Part shown: piece after piece, positions 1-9,776 of the stretch | Numbering within the stretch: the stretch's first letter is position 1 | Layout: each line of letters opens with the position of its first letter | Origin: an uncultured Desulfosarcina sp. | GTDB taxonomy: Bacteria > Desulfobacterota > Desulfobacteria > Desulfobacterales > Desulfosarcinaceae | DNA length: 64,000 nt | Assembly: GCA_963674945.2 (NCBI GenBank) | Contig: CAXXWQ010000004.1 | Coordinates: 224,001 to 288,000, forward strand | Direction of reading: 5' to 3' | Program-made: the position numbers and the translations under genes | The notes under the pieces: generated by a model | Databases searched by the model: none | Told to the model about the DNA's origin: nothing | What the model saw: only the letters and a program-made list of their open reading frames with translations

Positions 1-921
1 ATCCTTTACAACAAAAAGTGATCTTCGAAATGTAAAGCTTTCCGCCTCCGCATCGATCACGCCGTAGTGCACCTTTCCAAGTGATTTCTCAACCAACCGG
101 ATTTGTTCCACCATAGATTTGAATTCAGAGGGTTCCATGGAAAAAGCACTGTCGGCACTATCATTCTTTCTGGATATGGTGAAGTGCTTTTCTATCATGC
201 ATGCACCTAAGGGAACCGCGGCTACTGAACTAAGATATCCCATCGAATGATCGGATAGCCCGCACGGCAAGGAAAAATGGCCTACCATATGCGCAATTGT
301 GTTCAGGTTCATTGCCTCTAAAGGAGAGGGATAGGCGCTGACGCACTTAAGCAGGCAAATATCATTTGCACCCACATTTTTAGTCGTTTCTACGGCTTCC
401 TCGATCTCAGCCAGCGTCGCCATACCGGTTGACAGTATCATGGGTTTGCCGGTTCGGGCGATTCGTTTGATCAATGGAATGTCCACCAGTTCGAATGAGG
501 AGACTTTGAAGGCGGGTACATCCATTTTCTCCAGAAAATCAACGGAACTCATGTCATAGGCAGTGGAAAAAAAATCGATACCCAGATCTGAGGCTTGTTT
601 TTGCAGTTTTGGTTGCCAGTCCCAGGGCATATAAGCCTCTTGGTATAGATCAAAAAGGGTTCGATCTTGCCACAGAGATCCTTTTCCGTGACGAAATAAT
701 GGTAAATCGCAATCAATTGTCAGTGTACCCGGCGTATAGGTTTGTACTTTTACCGCATCCGCTCCGGATTCCTTGGCGGCATGAATCAAACTTACGGCCT
801 CATTGAAGTCTTGCCGATGGTTGGCTGATAGCTCGGCGACGACATAGACCGGATGGCCCGGTCCGATTGATCTCTTTCCGATCTCAATGGATTTGATAGG
901 ATTGTCTGAAACTATCATCAT
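1..921 (-). CDS. pseI: Pseudaminic acid synthase (NeuB/PseI family), 3' end runs off the window
   Basis: Manual translation (not in the ORF track): MMIVSDNPIKSIEIGKRSIGPGHPVYVVAELSANH...GADAVKVQTY...FKVSSFELVD...GKPMILSTGMAT...GLSDH...IEKHFT; same cluster as pseB/pseC. Confidence 0.92.
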   Translation of the reverse strand, partial: MMIVSDNPIKSIEIGKRSIGPGHPVYVVAELSANHRQDFNEAVSLIHAAKESGADAVKVQTYTPGTLTIDCDLPLFRHGKGSLWQDRTLFDLYQEAYMPWDWQPKLQKQASDLGIDFFSTAYDMSSVDFLEKMDVPAFKVSSFELVDIPLIKRIARTGKPMILSTGMATLAEIEEAVETTKNVGANDICLLKCVSAYPSPLEAMNLNTIAHMVGHFSLPCGLSDHSMGYLSSVAAVPLGACMIEKHFTISRKNDSADSAFSMEPSEFKSMVEQIRLVEKSLGKVHYGVIDAEAESFTFRRSLFVVKD

Positions 922-1067
922 TTCGTGGCTGTCTGATGTGCTCCGATGGGTGGGCATGTGAGAATATGTCCATCTGCCGCGAAGATCATTCCGGAGTGGA
1001 ATTTACTACGATTTCACTTCCATCCGGCTACGGAGTAATTTCACAAAAATTCAACTCATTTTCTTCT

Positions 1068-2087
1068 TCAAAATCCTTCTTCGTAATCATCAATGATCAT
1101 GTCCTGCGGAAAACGAATTTGACGCAACGTTTTTTCTTTCCTGTGAAAAGGTATGTTTGACAGATCATCCCCCATAGATTCCATCATAAACCAGTAAAAG
1201 CTATCCAATCCGGCTGCCATGGAAAGTGTCGATGCTCCCCCGAAACGGCAATTACATTCCAGTATATGGTATACGCCCACCTTGTCCTCAACTGCTTGAA
1301 ATACAAGATGCCCACGCAATTTCAGTACCTTTGCCACAGTGGCACAGAATTTTTCCAGCGCAGGCTTTCTCGCTGTAGTCGTCACCTGAGACTCACCGTT
1401 TCGAATTAGATCCCTTGAACGGGATATTGCTCCTTTTGGAGTTCCATTCCGCGTAATATAAAAATCGACGCTGTACTCCTTTCCAGCGATAAACGGCTGG
1501 AAAATTGGGGCGTTGAGTCGTCTCGCATGTTTTATCGCATCCTTTTTGCTTACATTCAATGCAATGTTTTTGGCGCCCGCTCCCAACCGCTCCTTGGCCA
1601 CGAATACCGAACCTTCAATCCCGTTGATATCTTCAGCCGTGGGAACAATCGGAACAGTGCTGTCGTTTCTCAGGTTTTCATAAAACCTGAGTTTATCTAT
1701 ACAGGTCTCAACGCCTTTGAAAGTTGAAATCATTGTGTGTATACCAATTTTCATTAATTCATCATTATATTTGGCAAAATAGAGAAGTTCACCATCTCTT
1801 GTGGGAAATATGACCGAAATCTTTTTTCCCAGGCAAAAATCGATGAACTCATCGATCCTCAGATCCACCAAGACAGGCATCTGCCAGAATTCATCGACAA
1901 AATACCGTCCGATGCATTTCGGGTCCGTATCCCCCCCGATGATCTTTCCGTTTTTCGATATTCGTTTCAGTGCCTTTTTCACCTCCCGAACAAGAGGGAC
2001 CTTATTGGAAAGGCTCGTTATTAATACATTGAAGGTAGGCTGCTTCAACTCTATTTTATGCCTTTCGATTGAATTACCTGTTCTCAT
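1068..2087 (-). CDS. ATP-grasp domain protein (CarB-like carboxylate-amine ligase of polysaccharide clusters)
   Basis: DKLRFY, AKERLGAGAK, IFQPFIAGKEYSVD and ILECNCRFGG (ExNxR) ATP-grasp motifs. Confidence 0.85.
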   Translation of the reverse strand: MRTGNSIERHKIELKQPTFNVLITSLSNKVPLVREVKKALKRISKNGKIIGGDTDPKCIGRYFVDEFWQMPVLVDLRIDEFIDFCLGKKISVIFPTRDGELLYFAKYNDELMKIGIHTMISTFKGVETCIDKLRFYENLRNDSTVPIVPTAEDINGIEGSVFVAKERLGAGAKNIALNVSKKDAIKHARRLNAPIFQPFIAGKEYSVDFYITRNGTPKGAISRSRDLIRNGESQVTTTARKPALEKFCATVAKVLKLRGHLVFQAVEDKVGVYHILECNCRFGGASTLSMAAGLDSFYWFMMESMGDDLSNIPFHRKEKTLRQIRFPQDMIIDDYEEGF

Positions 2088-2114
2088 TATTTATGAACTC
2101 GTAATACGTCGGGT

Positions 2115-3137
2115 TTATTGAATCGTAAAGACACATCCCTCGATCCATGGCGATGCATCCGCATCGCAGAGATAATAAACCGCCAAGTAGCGGTTGTCAT
2201 TTAGTTGAACCAAGTCTCCATAACCACCATCATAGACGCTTCCTGTATATAAGGCCGGCTTAGCGATACGTCTCCAGGAACGCCCCTGATCTTGGCTTAT
2301 GCCAATCGCCAAACCTGGATCGGATTCGGAAAGATCCCTGTAAATGACCAGATGCCCGCCTATGGATTGGGAGTCGATGATCATAGGGGCGTGGCCGAAA
2401 AGGTTTGTCTTTTCGGGAAAAGACCAGGTTCGCCCGTCATCGTTGGATTCGCATCGGTACAAATTGAAAGGTGGTGTTTCGTTACGTATGAGAACAACCC
2501 AGTTCTTTTTGCCCACGTATCCAAGGGAGTACTCTGTCAATCTTGTTCCCACTGCTGTTGAACTTGCCACTTTTGCTCGGAATGTCCATGTTTTTCCACG
2601 ATCTCCTGATTTCAGTAAAACCGGGGTTCCGACCGGTTCATCTTCGAACGCACGATAACCGGGCATTAGTAAATCGCCTTTATCAGTTCGTCGAATATGG
2701 CCGAAACAGATGATGTTCTGGTCGCTAAGTGCCGTTAGGAGGGTTCGTCGGGTCAAAACAGGAGAACTACCCCTTGAGAGATAAACGTCATTGCGTCGCT
2801 TAAACTCATAATCCCTTGTGGCCAGAAAGTATAAGTCCGATTCAGGGGCGGATAAAATTGCATCCAGTTCATTTACCGATTCGTTCGATGACGGTTCAAA
2901 GAGCGTACCCTGCGACATCCATTCATCAGGATGACGTACATCACTGGAAAAAAGCAAGACTTTCCCCCCGACACCGTGTGCCTGACGGCCGGAGACCGAA
3001 CCTGAACGACAGGCCAGCCACAATTGATTGTCCGTTCGAATCAGCGTCGGAAACGCATGATAGCAACCACATTTTTTCTCAAGTATGCAAAAACGATTTT
3101 CTATCTGTACAATCAATTCAGACAGGCTTTCATTCAA
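2115..3137 (-). CDS. Sialidase-like BNR/Asp-box beta-propeller protein, no signal peptide
   Basis: Asp-boxes SGDRGKTW, SNDDGRTW, SQDQGRSW; N-terminal YHAFP; C-terminal DGGY. Confidence 0.8.
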   Translation of the reverse strand: MNESLSELIVQIENRFCILEKKCGCYHAFPTLIRTDNQLWLACRSGSVSGRQAHGVGGKVLLFSSDVRHPDEWMSQGTLFEPSSNESVNELDAILSAPESDLYFLATRDYEFKRRNDVYLSRGSSPVLTRRTLLTALSDQNIICFGHIRRTDKGDLLMPGYRAFEDEPVGTPVLLKSGDRGKTWTFRAKVASSTAVGTRLTEYSLGYVGKKNWVVLIRNETPPFNLYRCESNDDGRTWSFPEKTNLFGHAPMIIDSQSIGGHLVIYRDLSESDPGLAIGISQDQGRSWRRIAKPALYTGSVYDGGYGDLVQLNDNRYLAVYYLCDADASPWIEGCVFTIQ

Positions 3138-3187
3138 CCATAGAGCACGAAAAATTCAGAAATTTGCTTCGAGGGCACGGCACGCTC

Positions 3188-4933
3188 TCACAAATTCGTC
3201 TCAGAGATGGATGTATCAAAAAGTGACTTGATCTCTGCAACGATATCCGGTGTTCCGTCTGTCAGCGGGCGAGGGCGAGACATGCGACCATTTTTAAACC
3301 TTGAAAGAATGGACGCAACATCCTCAACCGATTGGATGAGTAGTGGCTCCATCCCAAAATGGCGAAAAAACAGAATCGCATCTTCACGATGGGCATCCGA
3401 ATCGGGCCAACATACGGGGAGCGTACCCAATGCAACTGCCTCGTTAAAACTGATCCCAAAGCCGCTGATCAACATGTGTGAACGTGCCAAATCATCTGCA
3501 AAGGTTCTCTCATACCCGTCGATGATCTTCGCCCGGATATCATTGGATTCAAGCCATCGCCGAATCATTTCCCGTCGCTCACGGTCATGAAGGTATACGA
3601 GAACATCCAATGTTTTTTCTGGTGCATTGGAAGAAATGCGCCGTATCTCATCCCGTAAGATGAGGAAACGCTCGCCGGCTACGATCTTTGGAACCACTCG
3701 ATCCGATCCTGTCATCGAAGCGTGATCATTATCCGTATGGCATTCACCAGTATACTTGTTTAAAACATTGGGAATAACGATTATATCAGCTTCACGGGTC
3801 CAGGGCTGGGTATTTTCGAGAACTGCACATCTTACGTTTTTCCCGATGGCAGATCGCCAACCTGGATTCGGCCCCCGCTGATCGAAAATATCGACAATGC
3901 AAAGATCATACTGACAACTGATGGATTCCAGCGCCACCTCTCTTCGGTTGCGGTTTTGGTTCACCGGTCTTGCAAACGCCCCCCAGTGGACTGTAAACCC
4001 CGTTTCATCGATGATGGTTTCTGCCTGAAAGTCATCGATGAAAAAATGAGTGGACCAGGCCAGACGCTCGGTGAGTTGGCGTGCCAACTCCAGACATCTC
4101 GTCAAATGCCCATATCCATACATACCACCGGCATCCACCACAAAAAGAACTCTCTTTTTGTTTTCGACCAATCGGCATTGATGCACATGAACATTGATCT
4201 TCCTCAGATCGGGCCTCTTTTTCAAAAGCCCAACGACGTGCGGAAGATCGAATGGTAGATCGCACCCATCGAGATGGGAGTAAAGGGCATTCATAAAAGC
4301 CAAATCCGCCGGTGTGTCCACGGAGAGTCGATGGGGTGGCATATAAAGGGATTCGTCCAGTCTCACCTCGATCGGATTGAAAAGCTCAGGACGCTGATAG
4401 ATAATGGGGAATTGATGTTCTTTTAGTTCAGGCCGGTCGGCAAGATCGTCGGCCAGTTGCCAGGCACGTCTCCTGTTCGCGACAATGCCTTGGAGCGCCG
4501 GTGGTAGGCTAAAAATATCTTTAGCCAATTGAACCGTATCCGCCTCTGAGTTGTCTTTTAAGCTACGAATGATTTCATCAATGGCCGGTGCATCGATCAA
4601 AGGGCAGTCTCCGCTAACCAGCACACAAATCTCAGCATCAAATGCTTCGGCGGCACGGCGAAGTCGCGTAGTGACATGATCCACTTTTCCCGAATACCAG
4701 AAACAGGCAATGCCATTTTCTTTCGCAAATGCCTTGAGGGGAAGATTCTCGACTTCGTCCACAGTTGCCAGCACGATCTCGTCCAATTCGTTGCAGAAAT
4801 GAAGGCGATCAATGACCCATTGCAGCATTGGACGACCACCAATGGTGCGTAGGTGTTTGGCGGGAAGCCTGGATGAACTGAGCCTAACGACGACAAAGGC
4901 GACAGTCTTCTCGTGGGTACTGCTGTTTGTCAT
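3188..4933 (-). CDS. Fusion of SpsF/PseF-type cytidylyltransferase and PseG/SpsG-type UDP-sugar hydrolase
   Basis: N-half RLSSSRLPAK, SGDCPLID, RLSVDTPAD; C-half VDAGGMYGYGHLTRCLELA. Confidence 0.8.
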   Translation of the reverse strand: MTNSSTHEKTVAFVVVRLSSSRLPAKHLRTIGGRPMLQWVIDRLHFCNELDEIVLATVDEVENLPLKAFAKENGIACFWYSGKVDHVTTRLRRAAEAFDAEICVLVSGDCPLIDAPAIDEIIRSLKDNSEADTVQLAKDIFSLPPALQGIVANRRRAWQLADDLADRPELKEHQFPIIYQRPELFNPIEVRLDESLYMPPHRLSVDTPADLAFMNALYSHLDGCDLPFDLPHVVGLLKKRPDLRKINVHVHQCRLVENKKRVLFVVDAGGMYGYGHLTRCLELARQLTERLAWSTHFFIDDFQAETIIDETGFTVHWGAFARPVNQNRNRREVALESISCQYDLCIVDIFDQRGPNPGWRSAIGKNVRCAVLENTQPWTREADIIVIPNVLNKYTGECHTDNDHASMTGSDRVVPKIVAGERFLILRDEIRRISSNAPEKTLDVLVYLHDRERREMIRRWLESNDIRAKIIDGYERTFADDLARSHMLISGFGISFNEAVALGTLPVCWPDSDAHREDAILFFRHFGMEPLLIQSVEDVASILSRFKNGRMSRPRPLTDGTPDIVAEIKSLFDTSISETNL

Positions 4934-6066
4934 TGGGTCGTTAGATCGATGATGGATTGAATTACGAAATTCACGTCATTGTCATCCATGGCCGGAAATA
5001 TCGGCAAGGAGAGGATTTTTTCATAAGCTGCCTCGGCAACCGGGCACTGTCCCTTATAGGCACCTGCTTTTTCCTGATAGTAGGGGTGGAGGTTCAAAGG
5101 CAGGTAGTGAACATTGACACCGATATCCATCTCTCTCAGGGCATTAAATAGTTTATCGCGGCTGACGGAGCCTTCTTCCCCTTGGATCCTGACGACATAC
5201 AAATGATAAACGTGTCGTAATGAATCGCCAATCTTCAGCGGCCGGATTGTATTGCTCGATTGAAAGGCACGATCATATATAGCGGCAATGGTGCGTCGCC
5301 TTTCGATCCAATTGTCGATTTTCTTGAGTTGGCTGATACCCAAAGCACATTGAAAATCGGTGATACGATAGTTGAACCCCAGATCCACGACTTCGTAATG
5401 CCATGTTTTGAGCCGGGCACGCTGATGCAGATCGGCATCGATGCCGTGATTTTTGAATCGACGCATTCGTCTGGCCAGCGTCGAATCATCGCAAACAATT
5501 GCCCCCCCCTCTCCCGTGGTAATATGCTTTACCGGATGAAAGCTGTATACTGCCAGATCAACCCATTGGCCGACGGACTTCTCCCCACATCTGGCACCCA
5601 ATGCATGACAAGAATCACTGAGCAGACCGATATGATGACTATCGGCCAGATCGCGGAGGACGGGATAGTTGCAGGGCTGGCCGGCAAAATCAACGGCGAT
5701 GATCGCTTTTGTGCGTGTCGTTATATGCTTTGCCGCCGCGTCAATATCAATTAGAAGTGTGTGCGGATCAACATCGACAATCACCGGCTTGCCACCTTGG
5801 GCGATGATACAATTGGCCGTGGCGGCGAAGGTGATGGCAGGGACGATGACCTCGTCGCCGGGTTGAATACCAATGGCATAAGCGGCGCAGTGCAACGCTG
5901 CGGTGCCACTCGAAACGGCCACCGCATGTAAGGTTTCGGTGTATCGCGCCAGGGCTTCCTCAAATTCGCCGATCTTCGGTCCGGTGGTTAACCAGTCTGT
6001 TTTTAGCACATCGACGATGGCGTCGATATCCGCCGGATCGATTTGGTGACGACCGTAGGGAATCAA
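4930..6066 (-). CDS. pseC: UDP-4-amino-4,6-dideoxy-N-acetyl-beta-L-altrosamine transaminase
   Basis: MIPYGRHQID, SSGTAALH, SFHPVKHITTGEGG (PLP lysine), LGFNYRITDFQCALG; overlaps pseB by 4 nt. Confidence 0.93.
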   Translation of the reverse strand: MIPYGRHQIDPADIDAIVDVLKTDWLTTGPKIGEFEEALARYTETLHAVAVSSGTAALHCAAYAIGIQPGDEVIVPAITFAATANCIIAQGGKPVIVDVDPHTLLIDIDAAAKHITTRTKAIIAVDFAGQPCNYPVLRDLADSHHIGLLSDSCHALGARCGEKSVGQWVDLAVYSFHPVKHITTGEGGAIVCDDSTLARRMRRFKNHGIDADLHQRARLKTWHYEVVDLGFNYRITDFQCALGISQLKKIDNWIERRRTIAAIYDRAFQSSNTIRPLKIGDSLRHVYHLYVVRIQGEEGSVSRDKLFNALREMDIGVNVHYLPLNLHPYYQEKAGAYKGQCPVAEAAYEKILSLPIFPAMDDNDVNFVIQSIIDLTTQ

Positions 6067-7076
6067 CGATTTTCTTTCTCTTCTGCGATCATTGCCATCA
6101 ACTCGGCATCAGAAAGCCATTGGGGATTATTGTTGCTCGTGTATTGGAATCCTTCTTTGACGGGTGATCCTTTTTTTTCCTCGTCCCCATGCCACCGGGG
6201 ACCGAAAGGAAGCGGTTTGATGACGTAGTGATTGTCAAATTCTATGGCCTGTCTCGCTTCTTCTTCGGTAAGCAACACCTCATGGAGTTTTTCTCCCGGC
6301 CGTATACCGACAATTTCGTGCTCACAGTCCGGGGCAAGTGTCTCGACCAAATCGACGATGCGCATGCTCGGTATTTTAGGAACGAAAATCTCGCCACCTT
6401 TCATGAGGGTGATGCAGTTGATGACAAAGGCAACTGCCTGTTTCAATGATATCCAAAAACGCGTCATGCGCACGTCCGTTATCGGCACCTTTCCATTACA
6501 GCGTTCTTCCAGCAACAGAGGAACAAGGCTCCCCCTGCTGCCAAGAACGTTTCCGTACCGGACCACCGAAAATCGTGTTTCTTTCGGGCCGGTATAGACA
6601 CAGGCGGAGACAAACAACTTGTCTGCGCATAGCTTTGTCGCCCCATATAAATTGGCAGGGCTGACCGCTTTGTCGCTACTAAGCGCAATGACCTTTTTCA
6701 CACCACAGTCGATGGCCGCGTCGATAATGTTCGATGCGCCCAAGATGTTTGTCTTGATCACCTCCAGCGGATTGTACTCGGCGGTGGGGACTTGTTTTAA
6801 CGCCGCAGCGTGAATAACGATATCAACCCCTCGAAATGCGCGGTATAGTCGCTCCCTGTCTCTGATATCACCGATAAAATATCGCATGGGACCACCGGGA
6901 ACGTCAGGGAATTCATACCTCATCTCCTGTTGCTTGACTTCGTCCCGGCTGAGAATAATGACGCGTCTTGGCTTGTACTCGGCCAAAATGGTGCGAACAA
7001 ACTTTCGACCGAACGAACCCGTTCCACCTGATATGAGGATGTTGGCATTATTTAAATTATTTCCGCTGTTGGTCAC
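6063..7076 (-). CDS. pseB: UDP-N-acetylglucosamine 4,6-dehydratase (inverting)
   Basis: GGTGSFG, SRDEVKQ, HAAALKQVP, DKA..P.NLYGATK, RYGNVLGSRGS, MTRFWI, GIRPGEKLHE; GTG start after GGAGG. Confidence 0.95.
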   Translation of the reverse strand: MTNSGNNLNNANILISGGTGSFGRKFVRTILAEYKPRRVIILSRDEVKQQEMRYEFPDVPGGPMRYFIGDIRDRERLYRAFRGVDIVIHAAALKQVPTAEYNPLEVIKTNILGASNIIDAAIDCGVKKVIALSSDKAVSPANLYGATKLCADKLFVSACVYTGPKETRFSVVRYGNVLGSRGSLVPLLLEERCNGKVPITDVRMTRFWISLKQAVAFVINCITLMKGGEIFVPKIPSMRIVDLVETLAPDCEHEIVGIRPGEKLHEVLLTEEEARQAIEFDNHYVIKPLPFGPRWHGDEEKKGSPVKEGFQYTSNNNPQWLSDAELMAMIAEEKENR

Positions 7077-7364
7077 AGTCCCTCCCGCCTTGAAACCAAA
7101 ATAGCTCCGCTTGGTCAGTTACGGTCTAACCTTTACGATTCTTTTTCTTGATATACTATTTTTTAGATAATATCAAGTTGTTACATAGATATTCGCCTAA
7201 GTGAATGCTTTCTTCCGCACGAAAGATGAATAGCGATTCACCGGATGAATGTTTCATACGTTTGGGGTCGGAAACTCAGATGGAATATCGGAAAAATGTA
7301 CTGAAATTGGTATCGATTACAGACGTTACAAAGAAGATTGAATAGAGGCGACTCTCTTTTTTTA

Positions 7365-8558
7365 TCAGGCGACACCACTAAACCCGGTATACTCGTCATG
7401 ATCGGGATCGATTTCCATCCCTTCGGCGTCTTTTCCGTTGAATTTGAATATGATGTGTTGTGGATCGATGGTACCGTCGCCATTCTCATTTTGGGTGAGA
7501 CGAAAACCGATGGTGGCAGAACGCGTATCCTTATCGTAAATCACATAGTCGGGTATACACGGCGGGGTGATCTCAGTTTCGGCGATTTTATTGCCGAAGT
7601 TATAGGTTTTGGCCAAATTTCCTTCCATTGACCTGCTGATGGACCAATGTAAGGGATTTTCGATGGAGGTGCGATCCATATCCTTGTTGAACTGAAATTT
7701 CATGGTAAAGGACTTCGATGCCCCTGGCGTCTCCAAATAGGAATCCAACAAGGATAGTGGCGTATTCATCGTCATTTTGGAACGAAACGATGAGGTTCCC
7801 CAGGCGAAAAGGATCTTTGGGGATTCGACCTGGTCCATATAGGCTCTTAAATCCTCGGCCAAATCCTCATCCTTGTCTTCCAGGAACGCGACAATCTCTT
7901 CCGCTTCCTCCACCTCCCCCATATCGGCGTATGCATGGCCCATCTCATAATAGGCATCATAGTAATCTGCCTGTTTTCGGATGACTTTCTCGAACTCTTT
8001 GATGGCATCGTCGTATTGACCGTCTTTTGAAAAAACCTGCCCCAATCCATAATTTCCGTGGGGGCTGGTCGGTTCGATTCGCAAAACGGTCTGAAATTCC
8101 TTCTCGGCTTCGCTGAAACGATCGAGTTTCATCAAACCTTGGCCCAGTGAGTAATGATTCGCGGACGATGTGGGATTGATGCGAACTGCCTCTTTGTATT
8201 GAACCACCGCTTCATCGTATCGTTCTTCCGCGTAAAACAGATTTCCCAGGGCAGATCTTAAATCATCGGCCGAAGGATTGCGCTGGATGCCCTTTTCATA
8301 TGCCTCGATGGCTTTTTCGGTTTTTTCCAGACGAAGATAGGATTGGGATAGATATTTTATCGTATCCGAGGAAAAGGATGAAGTCGGGGAAAGGCTGATG
8401 GATTTTTCAAACTCCTGGGCCGCCTTTTCGTACTCTTTTTTCTGGTAATAATCGATACCACGACTCAGCGCCTGCTGGGATATGGCGTCCAGCCTGTACT
8501 GCTGATCCAACGAACTGACGAAAAATTTTTCGGCACTGATACCGATAAAATCTGCCAT
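7365..8558 (-). CDS. TPR-repeat protein with beta-rich (Ig-like?) C-terminal domain
   Basis: About 6 TPR units (e.g. ALGNLFYAEERYDEAVVQYKEAVRINP); C-terminal FTMKFQFNKDMD. Confidence 0.85.
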   Translation of the reverse strand: MADFIGISAEKFFVSSLDQQYRLDAISQQALSRGIDYYQKKEYEKAAQEFEKSISLSPTSSFSSDTIKYLSQSYLRLEKTEKAIEAYEKGIQRNPSADDLRSALGNLFYAEERYDEAVVQYKEAVRINPTSSANHYSLGQGLMKLDRFSEAEKEFQTVLRIEPTSPHGNYGLGQVFSKDGQYDDAIKEFEKVIRKQADYYDAYYEMGHAYADMGEVEEAEEIVAFLEDKDEDLAEDLRAYMDQVESPKILFAWGTSSFRSKMTMNTPLSLLDSYLETPGASKSFTMKFQFNKDMDRTSIENPLHWSISRSMEGNLAKTYNFGNKIAETEITPPCIPDYVIYDKDTRSATIGFRLTQNENGDGTIDPQHIIFKFNGKDAEGMEIDPDHDEYTGFSGVA

Positions 8559-8599
8559 CTTGATTCCCCTGTTTCGAAACCAAATTTCATGCAGTACAA

Positions 8600-8627
8600 T
8601 TATCGGCAGCCAGACGCCCTGGCTTTA
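8600..8627 (-). promoter_or_regulatory. Sigma28 (FliA)-type promoter for the TPR gene
   Basis: Minus strand TAAA-N16-GCCGATAA, about 40 nt upstream of the ATG at 8558. Confidence 0.75.
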
Positions 8628-8718
8628 GTATTCTTTCCGTAAAAGCCCCTTTTTAAAGTAATACATAGTTCTTTCCAGTCCCTCTTCCAGCGGGACTGTC
8701 GGTCGCCAGCTCAATTCA

Positions 8719-8985
8719 TCACACAAACTCAATGGCAAACCCGAAGCGATTCTTCCGCAGAACCTTGGCTCTGCGGTTCACGCTTGTTTGGCCATTGGTG
8801 AAGGGGATACTGATGGAAATCACATCCGATTTGTCCACCAGATTCGGAGACGATGTCATCACGAAGGCACCACCCATACTGAGATCCTTCAATGTACCTG
8901 TATATGTATGGCCCTTGATCGTAAAAATGATGTCGGTGGTATATCGTTTTCGATCATACACTCTTCTAAAATCGTTTTCCCCCAT
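8719..8985 (-). CDS. Stand-alone PilZ domain protein (c-di-GMP receptor)
   Basis: RRVYDR (RxxxR) and DLSMGG (DxSxxG); ATG 8985 follows AGGAG. Confidence 0.88.
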   Translation of the reverse strand: MGENDFRRVYDRKRYTTDIIFTIKGHTYTGTLKDLSMGGAFVMTSSPNLVDKSDVISISIPFTNGQTSVNRRAKVLRKNRFGFAIEFV

Positions 8986-9051
8986 TAGTATTCTGCTCCT
9001 ACTTTCTTGGTTGATCCAATGCAAGTGTACGCAAGCCTTGTTCCAAACGCC

Positions 9052-9477
9052 TTATTTCTTTCGACGAGCCAGCGCCTTTCGTTCGGCGTTCAGTTCGGAG
9101 AGCAGGCTGGATAGGGACCAATTCTCGGAAGTGGGTGTCAGCACGGCCCATAACGTCTGGCGCATGCCGGTCTTTCGGCAGGTGGACATCAGTGCATGAA
9201 GCTGTTTCTCTGTTATCCCCCCGACGATAACGGCGCGATCCAGCGTCGACGCCTTCCCTTCTCCGGTGCCATGGGGCAGGTCAAACAGGTTGGAAAGGGT
9301 GTCGTCTTGACGCGCTTCATCCACCCAGACGACCGGAAGCTCCGCCAAACCCGCCATCTGCAAAACGGTGCCAAACTTTGACTGGGCCGGAACAGGAAAA
9401 CCGCAAAGAAGTAATTTTCGCGTTCCGTAAAGGGCTCGATCGGAATGGGTCACGCGCTCGAAACCGCCATCGTTCAT
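9052..9477 (-). CDS. DUF3783-like conserved protein
   Basis: C-terminal LWAVLTPTSENWSLSSLLSELNAER; GGGGGA RBS. Confidence 0.7.
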   Translation of the reverse strand: MNDGGFERVTHSDRALYGTRKLLLCGFPVPAQSKFGTVLQMAGLAELPVVWVDEARQDDTLSNLFDLPHGTGEGKASTLDRAVIVGGITEKQLHALMSTCRKTGMRQTLWAVLTPTSENWSLSSLLSELNAERKALARRKK

Positions 9478-9776
9478 TGGTCCCCCTGTATCTGTATAAC
9501 CCATCGAGTATTTTCAAGATGCCTCGGACCAGGTCTCAAGGATACTAAGAAACTCGTTATCCAAAATCATTCATACCATATCTCTATAAAGAGCTTTTCC
9601 CGAATTTTTAATCGATCGGCAAAGTAAACAAAAAACGAATTTCTTTCATGCGATTGTTTGGCCATGCGTGGCCTGGAAAAGCTTTTTACGATATTTTTCC
9701 AACGGATGCAATCGACCCGGAAAAAGACATTGACAATTCGTGGATTTTCCGATGCCGGATCCATTTCCCCACCCAA

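Noticed and set aside
922..1090. Short minus-strand frame MITKKDFEEENELNFCEITP*PDGSEIVVNSTPE* before pseI, considered as a pseH remnant or TAG readthrough
   Set aside because: Too short and no recognisable GNAT motif; nothing supports recoding.
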